This document shows, piece by piece, positions 8,320-16,567 of a stretch of DNA of 64,000 nucleotides. The notes below the pieces were generated by a model. The model saw nothing but the letters and a program-made list of their open reading frames with translations, searched no databases and was not told the origin of the DNA. The translations under genes and the position numbers were made by a program. The stretch spans positions 2,400,001-2,464,000 of the forward strand of contig OY782041.1 in assembly GCA_963677595.1 (NCBI GenBank), read 5' to 3'. Numbering within the stretch: the first letter of the stretch is position 1; the number at the start of each line of letters is the position of its first letter. The DNA is from Spirochaetia bacterium (GTDB taxonomy: Bacteria > Spirochaetota > Spirochaetia > CAKZLE01).

Positions 8320-10041
8320 ATGAGCCTGATTACCAAGAACCAGATTACGATCGTCAATGTCGATGACGGAGCTCCTGGAAGCCCTGGGGAACCAGGGCCC
8401 GCCGGTCCCCGGGGAGCCTCCTCGGTCGGTCTCGGCCTGAAGATGAATTACTCAACCTTTACTGCCGTGAATCCGGGAGAGATCTATTTGCATGGCTTCA
8501 CTGATGCTGGAGATCCCGCTGATGTGGATGGCTTCATCTACTACCAGGATACCAAGCTCACGGTGGCGAAGAGGATGATCAATCCCAATGCAGTGATTGA
8601 CGGTTTTCTGGTACTAGAGGTTGCTACCGGGTATGCCTATGTAGCAGCCTATGATTACCTCGCGAACCAGTTCAAGCTCAGGGATACTTCCTACGGGAGG
8701 GAAGGGTATGTGATTGATGCTGCCGGTTGGCTCTGTATCGGCAGGATGAAGAATGATGACGTTGAGAATACTTCTTCTGCGATCCTGTATGAAAGGGCAG
8801 TTGATCTTGGTGCAGCACTGCGAACGGTACTGAGCGAAGTAATCTTCCAGAAGGCAGATGTTACCCAGGCAGAATTCGATTCCCTGCTGCAGTATACTCA
8901 GACTCAGTTCTTCAGTCGGTTGGCAGTGAGTAGTCTGTTCGTGAATGACCTGGTGGGAAACACTGCATTCATTGACTCCCTGATCTCAGAGGAAGCATTT
9001 ATCAACGATGCGACGGTGAGGAAGCTGGTGATCGAGGAGACGGTTGACGGGGTAGTGTACACGATCAGGATCGACAAGGATCACGGCATTGAGCTGACAG
9101 TTGACGGGGTGACGAAGTTTCATGCCAGTCCCACCGGTTCTCTCATTGCCAGGGATGCTTCACTGATCAATTCCTCGGTATCGGGGATCTTCACCTCGCC
9201 GGAGTTTTCCACCCAGAAGGCGGGATCAGCCGGGTCCACCAGCTATTCGAAAACCTTGGGGGACATCTACAAGACCATAGGCTACTTCTACACCCTGAGT
9301 GAATACATGCTGAATAATCCTTCAGCATCCGGTCTTTCCGGACAGTTCGGTTCCTACAGCTTTTCAGAAGTTGTCTACTACAATGGCGGGTCCCGGTCTT
9401 TGTATGCACTGGCAGGAGATTTTGTATCGAACGGGACTCTGTATATCATTCGGCAGTGTGAAGCAGATCCGTTTCCACCTCTCATGACGACCGCGGAAGA
9501 CTTGGGAGCAGTCTATGAAACAGTACCAGCCTCCTTTGTCGCCAATGTTGCTGATGACGGAGTGACCCTCTGGAACAACAGTACTGATGCCTTTGTCCAC
9601 TTTCTCTGCAGTGATCTGATCGCTCAGTTTGCAGCACTGCCGGTGGGGACCTCGATGCCGTTCACGGGAAGCTTTGCGATCACCTATGATCCGAGCGCCT
9701 TCTTCAATTACATAAGCGGTCCCACGATGGAGAGTGTCTCGATCACCTCCACAACCTCCTCGAAGTATTCACTCCTACTGAGCAGCACGGCTATAGAGAT
9801 CTATGATCCAAGTGGTGTATTTGTCGTTTCCATCAATGCTGCAACAAGAGCCACCTCCTGCGTGGTGAATATCTCTGTAGAGAGTGTGAAGGAAGGGATC
9901 AAGGTGAAGAACATCATGCCTACCTCTGATAATGCCTACAAGATAGGGGAGACGAACTCCAGGTTCACTGAAGTGCACAGTGTGGAGTTTCATGGAACCG
10001 AGGTATTCGCAACTACGGTACACGGGGCGGTATTCAACTGA
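8320..10041 (+). CDS. Tail fibre / receptor-binding protein
   Basis: Gly-X-Y run GAPGSPGEPGPAGPRG; AFIDSLISEEAFIND shaft-like repeat; Ser/Thr-rich C-terminal half. Confidence 0.7.
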   Translation: MSLITKNQITIVNVDDGAPGSPGEPGPAGPRGASSVGLGLKMNYSTFTAVNPGEIYLHGFTDAGDPADVDGFIYYQDTKLTVAKRMINPNAVIDGFLVLEVATGYAYVAAYDYLANQFKLRDTSYGREGYVIDAAGWLCIGRMKNDDVENTSSAILYERAVDLGAALRTVLSEVIFQKADVTQAEFDSLLQYTQTQFFSRLAVSSLFVNDLVGNTAFIDSLISEEAFINDATVRKLVIEETVDGVVYTIRIDKDHGIELTVDGVTKFHASPTGSLIARDASLINSSVSGIFTSPEFSTQKAGSAGSTSYSKTLGDIYKTIGYFYTLSEYMLNNPSASGLSGQFGSYSFSEVVYYNGGSRSLYALAGDFVSNGTLYIIRQCEADPFPPLMTTAEDLGAVYETVPASFVANVADDGVTLWNNSTDAFVHFLCSDLIAQFAALPVGTSMPFTGSFAITYDPSAFFNYISGPTMESVSITSTTSSKYSLLLSSTAIEIYDPSGVFVVSINAATRATSCVVNISVESVKEGIKVKNIMPTSDNAYKIGETNSRFTEVHSVEFHGTEVFATTVHGAVFN

Positions 10042-10679
10042 TGGCAACGGCAGGAAGCACAATAGGAAAAGCTGGATTCTCAACCGGGGTGGTGTTCTCG
10101 AAGTCCTGGGGGAGCGGGTCTCTCGTTGCCTCGGGCTCTGGGACCTCATACCGGCACGTCTACTTTGTAGCCTCGGTGTTTACCTTTCGAGCCTATATCA
10201 AGGACGTGTGGATCGGGTACGGGCTTAATGCCTATGAGTTGCAGTACTGGGGAGGCTCTTCCTGGGTGACCGAGCACCGGCAGACGAATATCGGGGACAA
10301 GGACTCTTACATGTTCGAGATCAATATCACAACAAGTGAGTCTGCCTCGAATGGGAAATATCGGGCGAACAGTGACAGGGTCTGGTGGAGGATGAGGATC
10401 AACAATACCAATGATTATTACCCTTCTTATAACACGGGGGAACTGAAGATCTATGGGCTGGGAGCTCATCTGGATTATGACAACCGGATCAAGGGGAAGT
10501 ACATCAAAGGGTATCTGAAATCCTCCCAGGGGGTTCCGTATGTGCACAGCAGTTCATCGGTGTATGACGTGTCTGTGACGAATTCCTGGGTGAGTGATCT
10601 GTACAACAATACCAGCCTGAAAGGCACGGTGATATCGGCGGGGGTTCCCGAGTATGCCGTGCTGCCTGATAACTACTAA
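10041..10679 (+). CDS. Hypothetical phage protein (tail-associated)
   Basis: TGATG coupling to the fibre gene; beta/aromatic-rich, 212 aa. Confidence 0.55.
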   Translation: MATAGSTIGKAGFSTGVVFSKSWGSGSLVASGSGTSYRHVYFVASVFTFRAYIKDVWIGYGLNAYELQYWGGSSWVTEHRQTNIGDKDSYMFEINITTSESASNGKYRANSDRVWWRMRINNTNDYYPSYNTGELKIYGLGAHLDYDNRIKGKYIKGYLKSSQGVPYVHSSSSVYDVSVTNSWVSDLYNNTSLKGTVISAGVPEYAVLPDNY

Positions 10680-10691
10680 AGGAGAAAAAGT

Positions 10692-11084
10692 GTGGGAATA
10701 TTAATGGATGTAGATAAGAGTCAGAATGCTCTTTTTCATCAGTTTACTGAAGCCTACTGGGCGATTGAGAATGTAGCATTCGGCTCTGATGGAGCGGACG
10801 GCTCAGTAATGGTCTCTTTCAACTTCTCTGCCTATCCAAGCAGGGAATCAAAGAAGGCGATGGAGCAGCATGTCACACCGGTATCGAACGGAACCTTCGG
10901 AGGACCGGTCATGAATATCGTGGAATCAACTCTCTATCGGTGGAGCGGAATGTTCCGTGCTTCTGATATCTTTGCAGTGGGTATCCCGGTGCTGAAGGAA
11001 GAGCAGCTGGAGATCCTCTATCCCTTTGTGAAGACCTATCTGAACCTCACCGAAGCGGTAGATGTCCTGGAGGAGATAGAGTGA
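10692..11084 (+). CDS. Hypothetical phage protein (possible fibre accessory)
   Basis: RBS AAGGAG, GTG start, 130 aa. Confidence 0.55.
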   Translation: MGILMDVDKSQNALFHQFTEAYWAIENVAFGSDGADGSVMVSFNFSAYPSRESKKAMEQHVTPVSNGTFGGPVMNIVESTLYRWSGMFRASDIFAVGIPVLKEEQLEILYPFVKTYLNLTEAVDVLEEIE

Positions 11085-11473
11085 CTGACCCGATTGTAAA
11101 TGAAAAGAATGTGCTGCAGGTAGTCCAGGCGATGTATGAGAACGTGAAGTCAAACCAGCACCGCCTTGATACTACTGAACCGATCCTCAGGAAGATGAGT
11201 GAGCAGGTGAACCGACTCAATACTCTCCTTGTCGATAACGGGTATGCGAAGGCCGTAGAAGACTCAGCCCAGGAGATCAAGAAGCTGCGGAGTGAATTCA
11301 CTGTCTACAGTTTAACCCGGGAAGATTCCTGCCCGACGATGAAAAGGATTCAGGAACAGCGGCTACTGGATAGAGAAAAGAAGCATTGGAGTGTGGCTGT
11401 TATCAAGGTAATAGCTGCCGGGATCGGGGCAGTTTCCACCCTGATCATCATCTTTGAGAAAGTTGCAGTGTAG
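11081..11473 (+). CDS. Coiled-coil protein with a C-terminal TM helix (lysis-cassette associated)
   Basis: Hydrophobic WSVAVIKVIAAGIGAVSTLIIIF at the C-terminus; precedes the holin. Confidence 0.55.
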   Translation: MTDPIVNEKNVLQVVQAMYENVKSNQHRLDTTEPILRKMSEQVNRLNTLLVDNGYAKAVEDSAQEIKKLRSEFTVYSLTREDSCPTMKRIQEQRLLDREKKHWSVAVIKVIAAGIGAVSTLIIIFEKVAV

Positions 11474-11481
11474 GGGGAAGC

Positions 11482-11943
11482 ATGAGTTGGTTAGGAAAAA
11501 TATTTGGAGCGAAGGAAACTGCAGAAGCTGCAGGAACCGTAGTTGAATCGGTAAGTAACGGGATCACCAACCTTGCAACTGGTATCAGGTCGGCGATCAC
11601 CGGAGAGATGAGTCCAGATAAGAAAGCGGAGCTTGAAAAGATTGCCCTGGAAGCAGAGAATCTGCAGAAGCATACCCAGCTCGAGATCAACCTGGCAGAA
11701 GCTCGGCACCAGTCAGCCTTTGTGGCTGGCTGGAGACCGTTTATCGGGTGGGTCTGCGGGCTCTCCCTTGCAAACAACTATATCCTCAGACCCTGGGCGA
11801 TCGCTGTTTTATCGGCTTCTGGGAAAGTCTTCGAGTTCCCGGTAATTGATCTCTCACTGATGATCCCGATCATGACCGGGATGTTGGGACTGGCAGGTAT
11901 GCGAACTTATGAGAAGAAGCAGGGAGTGACGGGGAATCATTGA
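11482..11943 (+). CDS. 3TM-type holin (GTA_holin_3TM-like)
   Basis: WRPFIGWVCG and MLGLAGMRTYEK motifs characteristic of this family. Confidence 0.85.
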   Translation: MSWLGKIFGAKETAEAAGTVVESVSNGITNLATGIRSAITGEMSPDKKAELEKIALEAENLQKHTQLEINLAEARHQSAFVAGWRPFIGWVCGLSLANNYILRPWAIAVLSASGKVFEFPVIDLSLMIPIMTGMLGLAGMRTYEKKQGVTGNH

Positions 11944-12001
11944 TAGTTGTTATAAAAGTAGAGAATGGAAGAAAAAGATTCTCAGGAAGCTTTCTTAAGC
12001 A

Positions 12002-12030
12002 TTGCTAATTTACATGCCAGGGGTGATACT
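12002..12030 (+). promoter_or_regulatory. Putative sigma70 promoter of the first DGC
   Basis: TTGCTA-N17-GATACT, followed by RBS AAGGAGG. Confidence 0.4.
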
Positions 12031-12048
12031 TGACCAAAGGAGGAGGGA

Positions 12049-13293
12049 ATGACACAAAACTCCTATCTGAAAGTAATTGAAGAGAACCTTCAAGAAGGCC
12101 TTTACATAGTTGATTTTGAGGCGAACCTTGTATACGCAAATGGAAGATTAGCTGAAATCTTAGGGTATGCTAGCGAAGAAGAAATTCTTGGTTTGAATGT
12201 CTTGGATTTTGTTAGCAGCGATTACCATGAGCAAATATGTGATTTGTTCGCGGAGACAATAAGCTCGAAGGCTCTCAAAAAAAATATAGTATTTAAAATA
12301 GATAAAAAAAATGGAGACAAAAATTTAATCCAACTAAACTTAGGTGGGATAAATCATCTTGGAATAATTGGTTCTCTAAGGGAGCTTCCAGAAGGGGAAG
12401 AAGCATGCAGCAATACTTCACATAGTGGTGCGCTCTATAAGACGATTGTCGAATTATCACCGGATGCAATCATGATATGTTCATTAGATGTTCAAATTCT
12501 GGACATTAACAACGCAGCTATAAATCTTTATGAATGTAACGATAAATTCGATGCCGTCGGGCACTCGGTATTGGAATTTATTGATCCCGATGAAATCGAG
12601 CATCTTAGAACCGTTTTTGAGGAAACTATTCTTTCTGACTACACTTTGCGGGCAGAAGCAAAATTGGTTACAAAAAGAGGAAAGCCCTTCATTGGCAAGA
12701 TAAGTGCGAAAAGAATCCCTGCAAATAATAAATTTGGATTTGTCATTGTAGTTCTGTCCCGAGATATTACAGAACAAAGACTGAAAGAACATAATCTGGA
12801 AGCTCAGGCAACAATTGATCCACTAACGAACCTGTTGAATCGCAGAGGGTTTCAAAATCTTGCAGATCAAGAAATAAAACATGCACAGAGAAGACGAATG
12901 AATGCAGTTCTCGTATTCATTGATATAGATAAAATGAAATTCATAAATGATTTGTATGGCCATGAATCGGGAGATCAGGCGATCCAAATTGTAGCAACTG
13001 CATTGAAAACCTCCTTCAGAAACTCTGATTTATTAAGTCGGTGGGGTGGTGATGAATTCCTCGTTTTAGCGCTTGATACTGAGGTTGAACATGCTGCAAA
13101 CATGATTGAAAAAATAAATTGGCACCTACAAAAAATTGTTGAAGAAAAGGATATCCCGTATGAGGTGTATGTCTCTGCAGGCTGCTCTCATTGTGATTTG
13201 CAAGGGGGATTCGAACTTCATAAGGCAATCTTGTTAGCAGATATGAATATGTATAAAGAAAAGGTGTTTAAAAAGAAAAGGATTTCAGACTAA
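12049..13293 (+). CDS. PAS-PAS-GGDEF diguanylate cyclase
   Basis: DPLTNLLNRRGF, DIDKMKFINDLYGHESGD, RNSD I-site, RWGGDEF. Confidence 0.93.
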   Translation: MTQNSYLKVIEENLQEGLYIVDFEANLVYANGRLAEILGYASEEEILGLNVLDFVSSDYHEQICDLFAETISSKALKKNIVFKIDKKNGDKNLIQLNLGGINHLGIIGSLRELPEGEEACSNTSHSGALYKTIVELSPDAIMICSLDVQILDINNAAINLYECNDKFDAVGHSVLEFIDPDEIEHLRTVFEETILSDYTLRAEAKLVTKRGKPFIGKISAKRIPANNKFGFVIVVLSRDITEQRLKEHNLEAQATIDPLTNLLNRRGFQNLADQEIKHAQRRRMNAVLVFIDIDKMKFINDLYGHESGDQAIQIVATALKTSFRNSDLLSRWGGDEFLVLALDTEVEHAANMIEKINWHLQKIVEEKDIPYEVYVSAGCSHCDLQGGFELHKAILLADMNMYKEKVFKKKRISD

Positions 13294-15953
13294 TTCGAGC
13301 CTTCTACCCTGTTTTTCCCGTTTTCTTTAGCTTTATAAAGTGCAGTATCAGCATTCTTAAGCGTCTGCTTGACAGGAACTCCTGGATTATGGATTGTAAT
13401 ACCGAAACTACAGCTGAGCGTATCGACCGAATCGAATTGAAACTGCCCGATTTGGCTCCTGAGATGTTCTGCAAGTGTCTGCAGCCCTTCCAAATTCATA
13501 ATCTCAGCAATGATAATGAATTCATCGCCTCCCCATCTGATGATTGCATCTGTACTTCTTATGTGGTTTTTTAAGATATTTGAAACCTGTTTTAAGATTG
13601 TATCTCCTACATCATGTCCGTAGGTATCATTCACATCTTTAAACAGATCTATATCGAGCATGATAATACCTGTTTTATAGTTTTGTTTTTGATGAGACTC
13701 AATAATCTTATGTATATGCTCGTTGAAGAATTCTCTATTATATGAACCAGTAAGAGTATCAATCAAAGAGTTTTGTTTGAATCTAATCTTATCGAAAAAG
13801 TTTTCAGATATATCAGTAAACGTAATGAGGAACATATCATGCTCGTAACTATTTATGTTGACGGTGAATATATGAAGTTCTCTCTCTTTATTCTTTATTG
13901 CAACGACTCGATCACTTTCGTTGAGATGTAAAAGAGAGCTGATCCAATTGTCTTCAGAATCTTTCATTTTTTTTAAATGGAATACATCTTCATTCTCTAT
14001 AAAAAGGTCACAGATACATGAGTATTGTTTTAAAAAGGATTCCAAGTCCTTTATACCGGTAAACTTAAAAAGTGATTTATTGGCAAAAAGGAGTTTTTCC
14101 CCATTTGTAAGAACTACAATATTATCCTGATAATCGAGGAACTTTCTCATTCTACCTAAAGTATCTTTGTGCAATGAAACATCAGAAATGGAGCCCTCAA
14201 GTGTTTTTAATCCTGTTTCATTTACTATTTGCCGACCTATCTCTTCTACATAAATTATTTCATTGCTGGATGTCAGGATACGATAATCAAGTTTGAAGAA
14301 ACTGTTCGAGTCAATTGCTTCCCTGATTTGCTTTTCAACACGTGTTTGATCTTCTGGATGGACAATACTACGCAGCGACTTGCCTTCCTTTATGAATTCA
14401 CTCGCATGATACCCGGTTAACGGGAGGATTGCATCATTGATATAGGTAACTTTGCCTTCTATCCCATCAAGACACGTATAAATAATATCAGGAACCTTAT
14501 TAACAGCAGCTTCCAATTGATCTTTCATATTTTGCAAGGTAATCTCTTTTTCAACCAAATCAGTGACATCTTGAACGGTACCAAGTGATCTGATAGGAGA
14601 GCCAGACTTGTTATACTCGTGATAGGCACTCTCAAACACGTAAAGAACTGTTTCGTCTTGTCGTAATATTCTATGCCTGATACTGTATCCTGTTTTATTT
14701 TCTAGAGATGTCTTATAAGCATTATCCAATAATGTTCTATCATCTGGATGAACATACTCAAAAAATGCCTCGTAAGTCGCTTCGAAACTCTGGGGTTCTA
14801 TTCCAAAAATGATGTAAATTTCATCGCTCCAAATCAGCTTATTCTTTTTTACATCAAACTCCCATGATCCCATTTTCCCGATTCTTTGAACTTGTTCCAG
14901 AGTGTTCGTTTTCTTCTGGAGCCTTCTAGTCCACCTTTCTACGGTAATATAAACGAGAATTAGAAAAAGGAATGCAAAAGCCGTAGATAGAAGAGAGCTC
15001 AGTCTAGCTGTTTCTATGTTTTTTAAGCTCGTTTTGTCAGAGCAGCTTATCAAGTACCCCTCAACAAATCCTTGCATATTGTCTATGGCGTGCACTGAGA
15101 TAATAGCGCCACTTTTTAGTGGAATGGAGAACACTTTTTCTGGGAGTTCTGTGTGCAAATTCTGTTCAAAATATTTAACTATCTTATCAGCTTCATCAGA
15201 AGATATGAAAGAACTTATGTTTCGTTCTATGACAGTATCAGCGCTTATCAGAAAACTATCACTTAAAGGCCATGGTTTATAATTATCAAGTTCTTCTGCA
15301 AATTCTTTTTGTTCAACAATTTCTTTGCTTATTATAAACTGATTATCTAACCCTGTGTTTGTGCTTAAGAGATCTAATATAGTACTGATTGCTATGCTTA
15401 TCTCTATACTTCCAAGGTGTTTCTCATCTTTTTTCAAAGGGTAAACATTTCTAAGTCCATTAAACATGCGTCCTTCTTCGAAGGCTTTAATCGGTTCGTG
15501 TTTTTCGTTTACATAGGTGACAGTGTTACGGATGCCAACAAGGCTATCTCCATACGTTTCAGGTTTATGAAATCTGAGGTAGCTGTTTGACTCTGCATCA
15601 TGAAAATGAAGCTGCTGAAAGTTATTCGATTGTAATCTGTCATATACGGGAAGGAGATATTCATATAACTGCTTACGGAAATAATTCTGTTTTTCCTCAG
15701 TTTCTGCCTGTAATCCATTATTAAATATATCGATCACTTCAGGTTGGTTTATATAGAGATTATAGATCATATCAGCGAAGTTATTATAAGTATCCAGTAT
15801 TGCATTATAGTTAACCTCCAGACCGTATGAATGATCTTCAAGAATATTCTCCTTCATGAGATCAATATTAGTTTCTATCTGCAGATATGACCAAATTAAC
15901 AAGAGAGTGAAAATAATTACTGAACCAATACGAACCAAGCGTTGTCTATTCAT
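13290..15953 (-). CDS. Membrane-bound Cache-PAS-PAS-PAS-GGDEF diguanylate cyclase
   Basis: Two TM helices flanking a dCache-like domain (QLHFH..SYLRFHKP..YGD), VHPDD/VHPED PAS motifs, RSTD I-site, RWGGDEF. Confidence 0.93.
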   Translation of the reverse strand: MNRQRLVRIGSVIIFTLLLIWSYLQIETNIDLMKENILEDHSYGLEVNYNAILDTYNNFADMIYNLYINQPEVIDIFNNGLQAETEEKQNYFRKQLYEYLLPVYDRLQSNNFQQLHFHDAESNSYLRFHKPETYGDSLVGIRNTVTYVNEKHEPIKAFEEGRMFNGLRNVYPLKKDEKHLGSIEISIAISTILDLLSTNTGLDNQFIISKEIVEQKEFAEELDNYKPWPLSDSFLISADTVIERNISSFISSDEADKIVKYFEQNLHTELPEKVFSIPLKSGAIISVHAIDNMQGFVEGYLISCSDKTSLKNIETARLSSLLSTAFAFLFLILVYITVERWTRRLQKKTNTLEQVQRIGKMGSWEFDVKKNKLIWSDEIYIIFGIEPQSFEATYEAFFEYVHPDDRTLLDNAYKTSLENKTGYSIRHRILRQDETVLYVFESAYHEYNKSGSPIRSLGTVQDVTDLVEKEITLQNMKDQLEAAVNKVPDIIYTCLDGIEGKVTYINDAILPLTGYHASEFIKEGKSLRSIVHPEDQTRVEKQIREAIDSNSFFKLDYRILTSSNEIIYVEEIGRQIVNETGLKTLEGSISDVSLHKDTLGRMRKFLDYQDNIVVLTNGEKLLFANKSLFKFTGIKDLESFLKQYSCICDLFIENEDVFHLKKMKDSEDNWISSLLHLNESDRVVAIKNKERELHIFTVNINSYEHDMFLITFTDISENFFDKIRFKQNSLIDTLTGSYNREFFNEHIHKIIESHQKQNYKTGIIMLDIDLFKDVNDTYGHDVGDTILKQVSNILKNHIRSTDAIIRWGGDEFIIIAEIMNLEGLQTLAEHLRSQIGQFQFDSVDTLSCSFGITIHNPGVPVKQTLKNADTALYKAKENGKNRVEGSN

Positions 15954-16038
15954 AAGTTTTTATAGTACCTTTGTTCTAATTTAGTCTAGCATTTAGATAT
16001 TAGCAATTCAATTGGAATGCTATTGTATAACTTCGAGC

Positions 16039-16064
16039 AAAAAAACCGGCAGATCTCTGCCGGT
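16039..16064 (-). terminator. Intrinsic terminator after the xis mini-operon
   Basis: Minus strand ACCGGCAGA-GA-TCTGCCGGT followed by a T run. Confidence 0.85.
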
Positions 16065-16074
16065 CCCATTGCGA

Positions 16075-16227
16075 TCAATCAGGTTTTTCCTTCACGATCT
16101 TCGACTTCTCTATCAGGGCAAGGTGTTTGTCCCGAACCTTCAGGGTGATATGGATCTCTCCATGATCGAGAGTTCCAAGTTCCTTGTGTATCCAAAGGGC
16201 CAGTTTCTGCAGCTGTTCTTTTCCCAT
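16075..16227 (-). CDS. 50-aa small protein, DUF2292/YezD-like (absent from the ORF track)
   Basis: Hand translation MGKEQLQKLALWIHKELGTLDHGEIHITLKVRDKHLALIEKSKIVKEKPD; starts 6 nt after the HTH gene and ends just before the terminator. Confidence 0.6.
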   Translation of the reverse strand: MGKEQLQKLALWIHKELGTLDHGEIHITLKVRDKHLALIEKSKIVKEKPD

Positions 16228-16232
16228 ACCGG

Positions 16233-16409
16233 CTATCTCGAGGAATCCCTGATGAAATCTTCTATCTGGTCAGTAGTGAACCTGACTGACGCTCCGATTT
16301 TCACATATGGAATCCGCTTAGCTGAAACCCACTGCCTGAGCGTCTGGGGTTTCACAGCAAGTATGTCTGCAGCTTCCTGATACGTGAGCAGTGGCTGCAG
16401 GTGGGACAT
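16233..16409 (-). CDS. Excisionase-like HTH DNA-binding protein (HTH_17)
   Basis: LLTYQEAADILAVKPQTLRQWVSAKRIPYVKIGASVRF; RBS AAGGAG; alternative in-frame start at 16445. Confidence 0.85.
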   Translation of the reverse strand: MSHLQPLLTYQEAADILAVKPQTLRQWVSAKRIPYVKIGASVRFTTDQIEDFIRDSSR

Positions 16410-16514
16410 AGAATCCACTCCTTTGGATTTTGGCTTTGTTAACATCTATCGAGTACTCCTTCTCTTGGGACCAACCTGGGGAGCACGGGGCTAAGACCTA
16501 ACAATGTTAGAAGC

Positions 16515-16544
16515 ACTATATCACTACAGGGATAAACTAGTCAA
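16515..16544 (-). promoter_or_regulatory. Putative sigma70 promoter for the xis operon
   Basis: TTGACT-N18-TATAGT with an extended TG. Confidence 0.5.
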
Positions 16545-16567
16545 CAAATGTATAGTAAAAAAATGAA

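Noticed and set aside
7243-8322. Read-through or frameshift fusing the split Ig-domain genes into one chain
   Set aside because: Both junctions have gaps of 17 and 10 nt with their own RBS (AAGGAG, AGAGGA), a frame change and no slippery heptamer
8320-10679. Diversity-generating retroelement or shufflon acting on the fibre genes
   Set aside because: No reverse transcriptase, invertase, TR/VR pair or inverted cassette seen in the window; one further left cannot be excluded
11944-12048. c-di-GMP riboswitch upstream of the DGC
   Set aside because: Too short, and no class I or II consensus visible
16012-16380. 122-aa plus-strand ORF
   Set aside because: Antisense shadow of the HTH gene, the 50-aa ORF and the terminator
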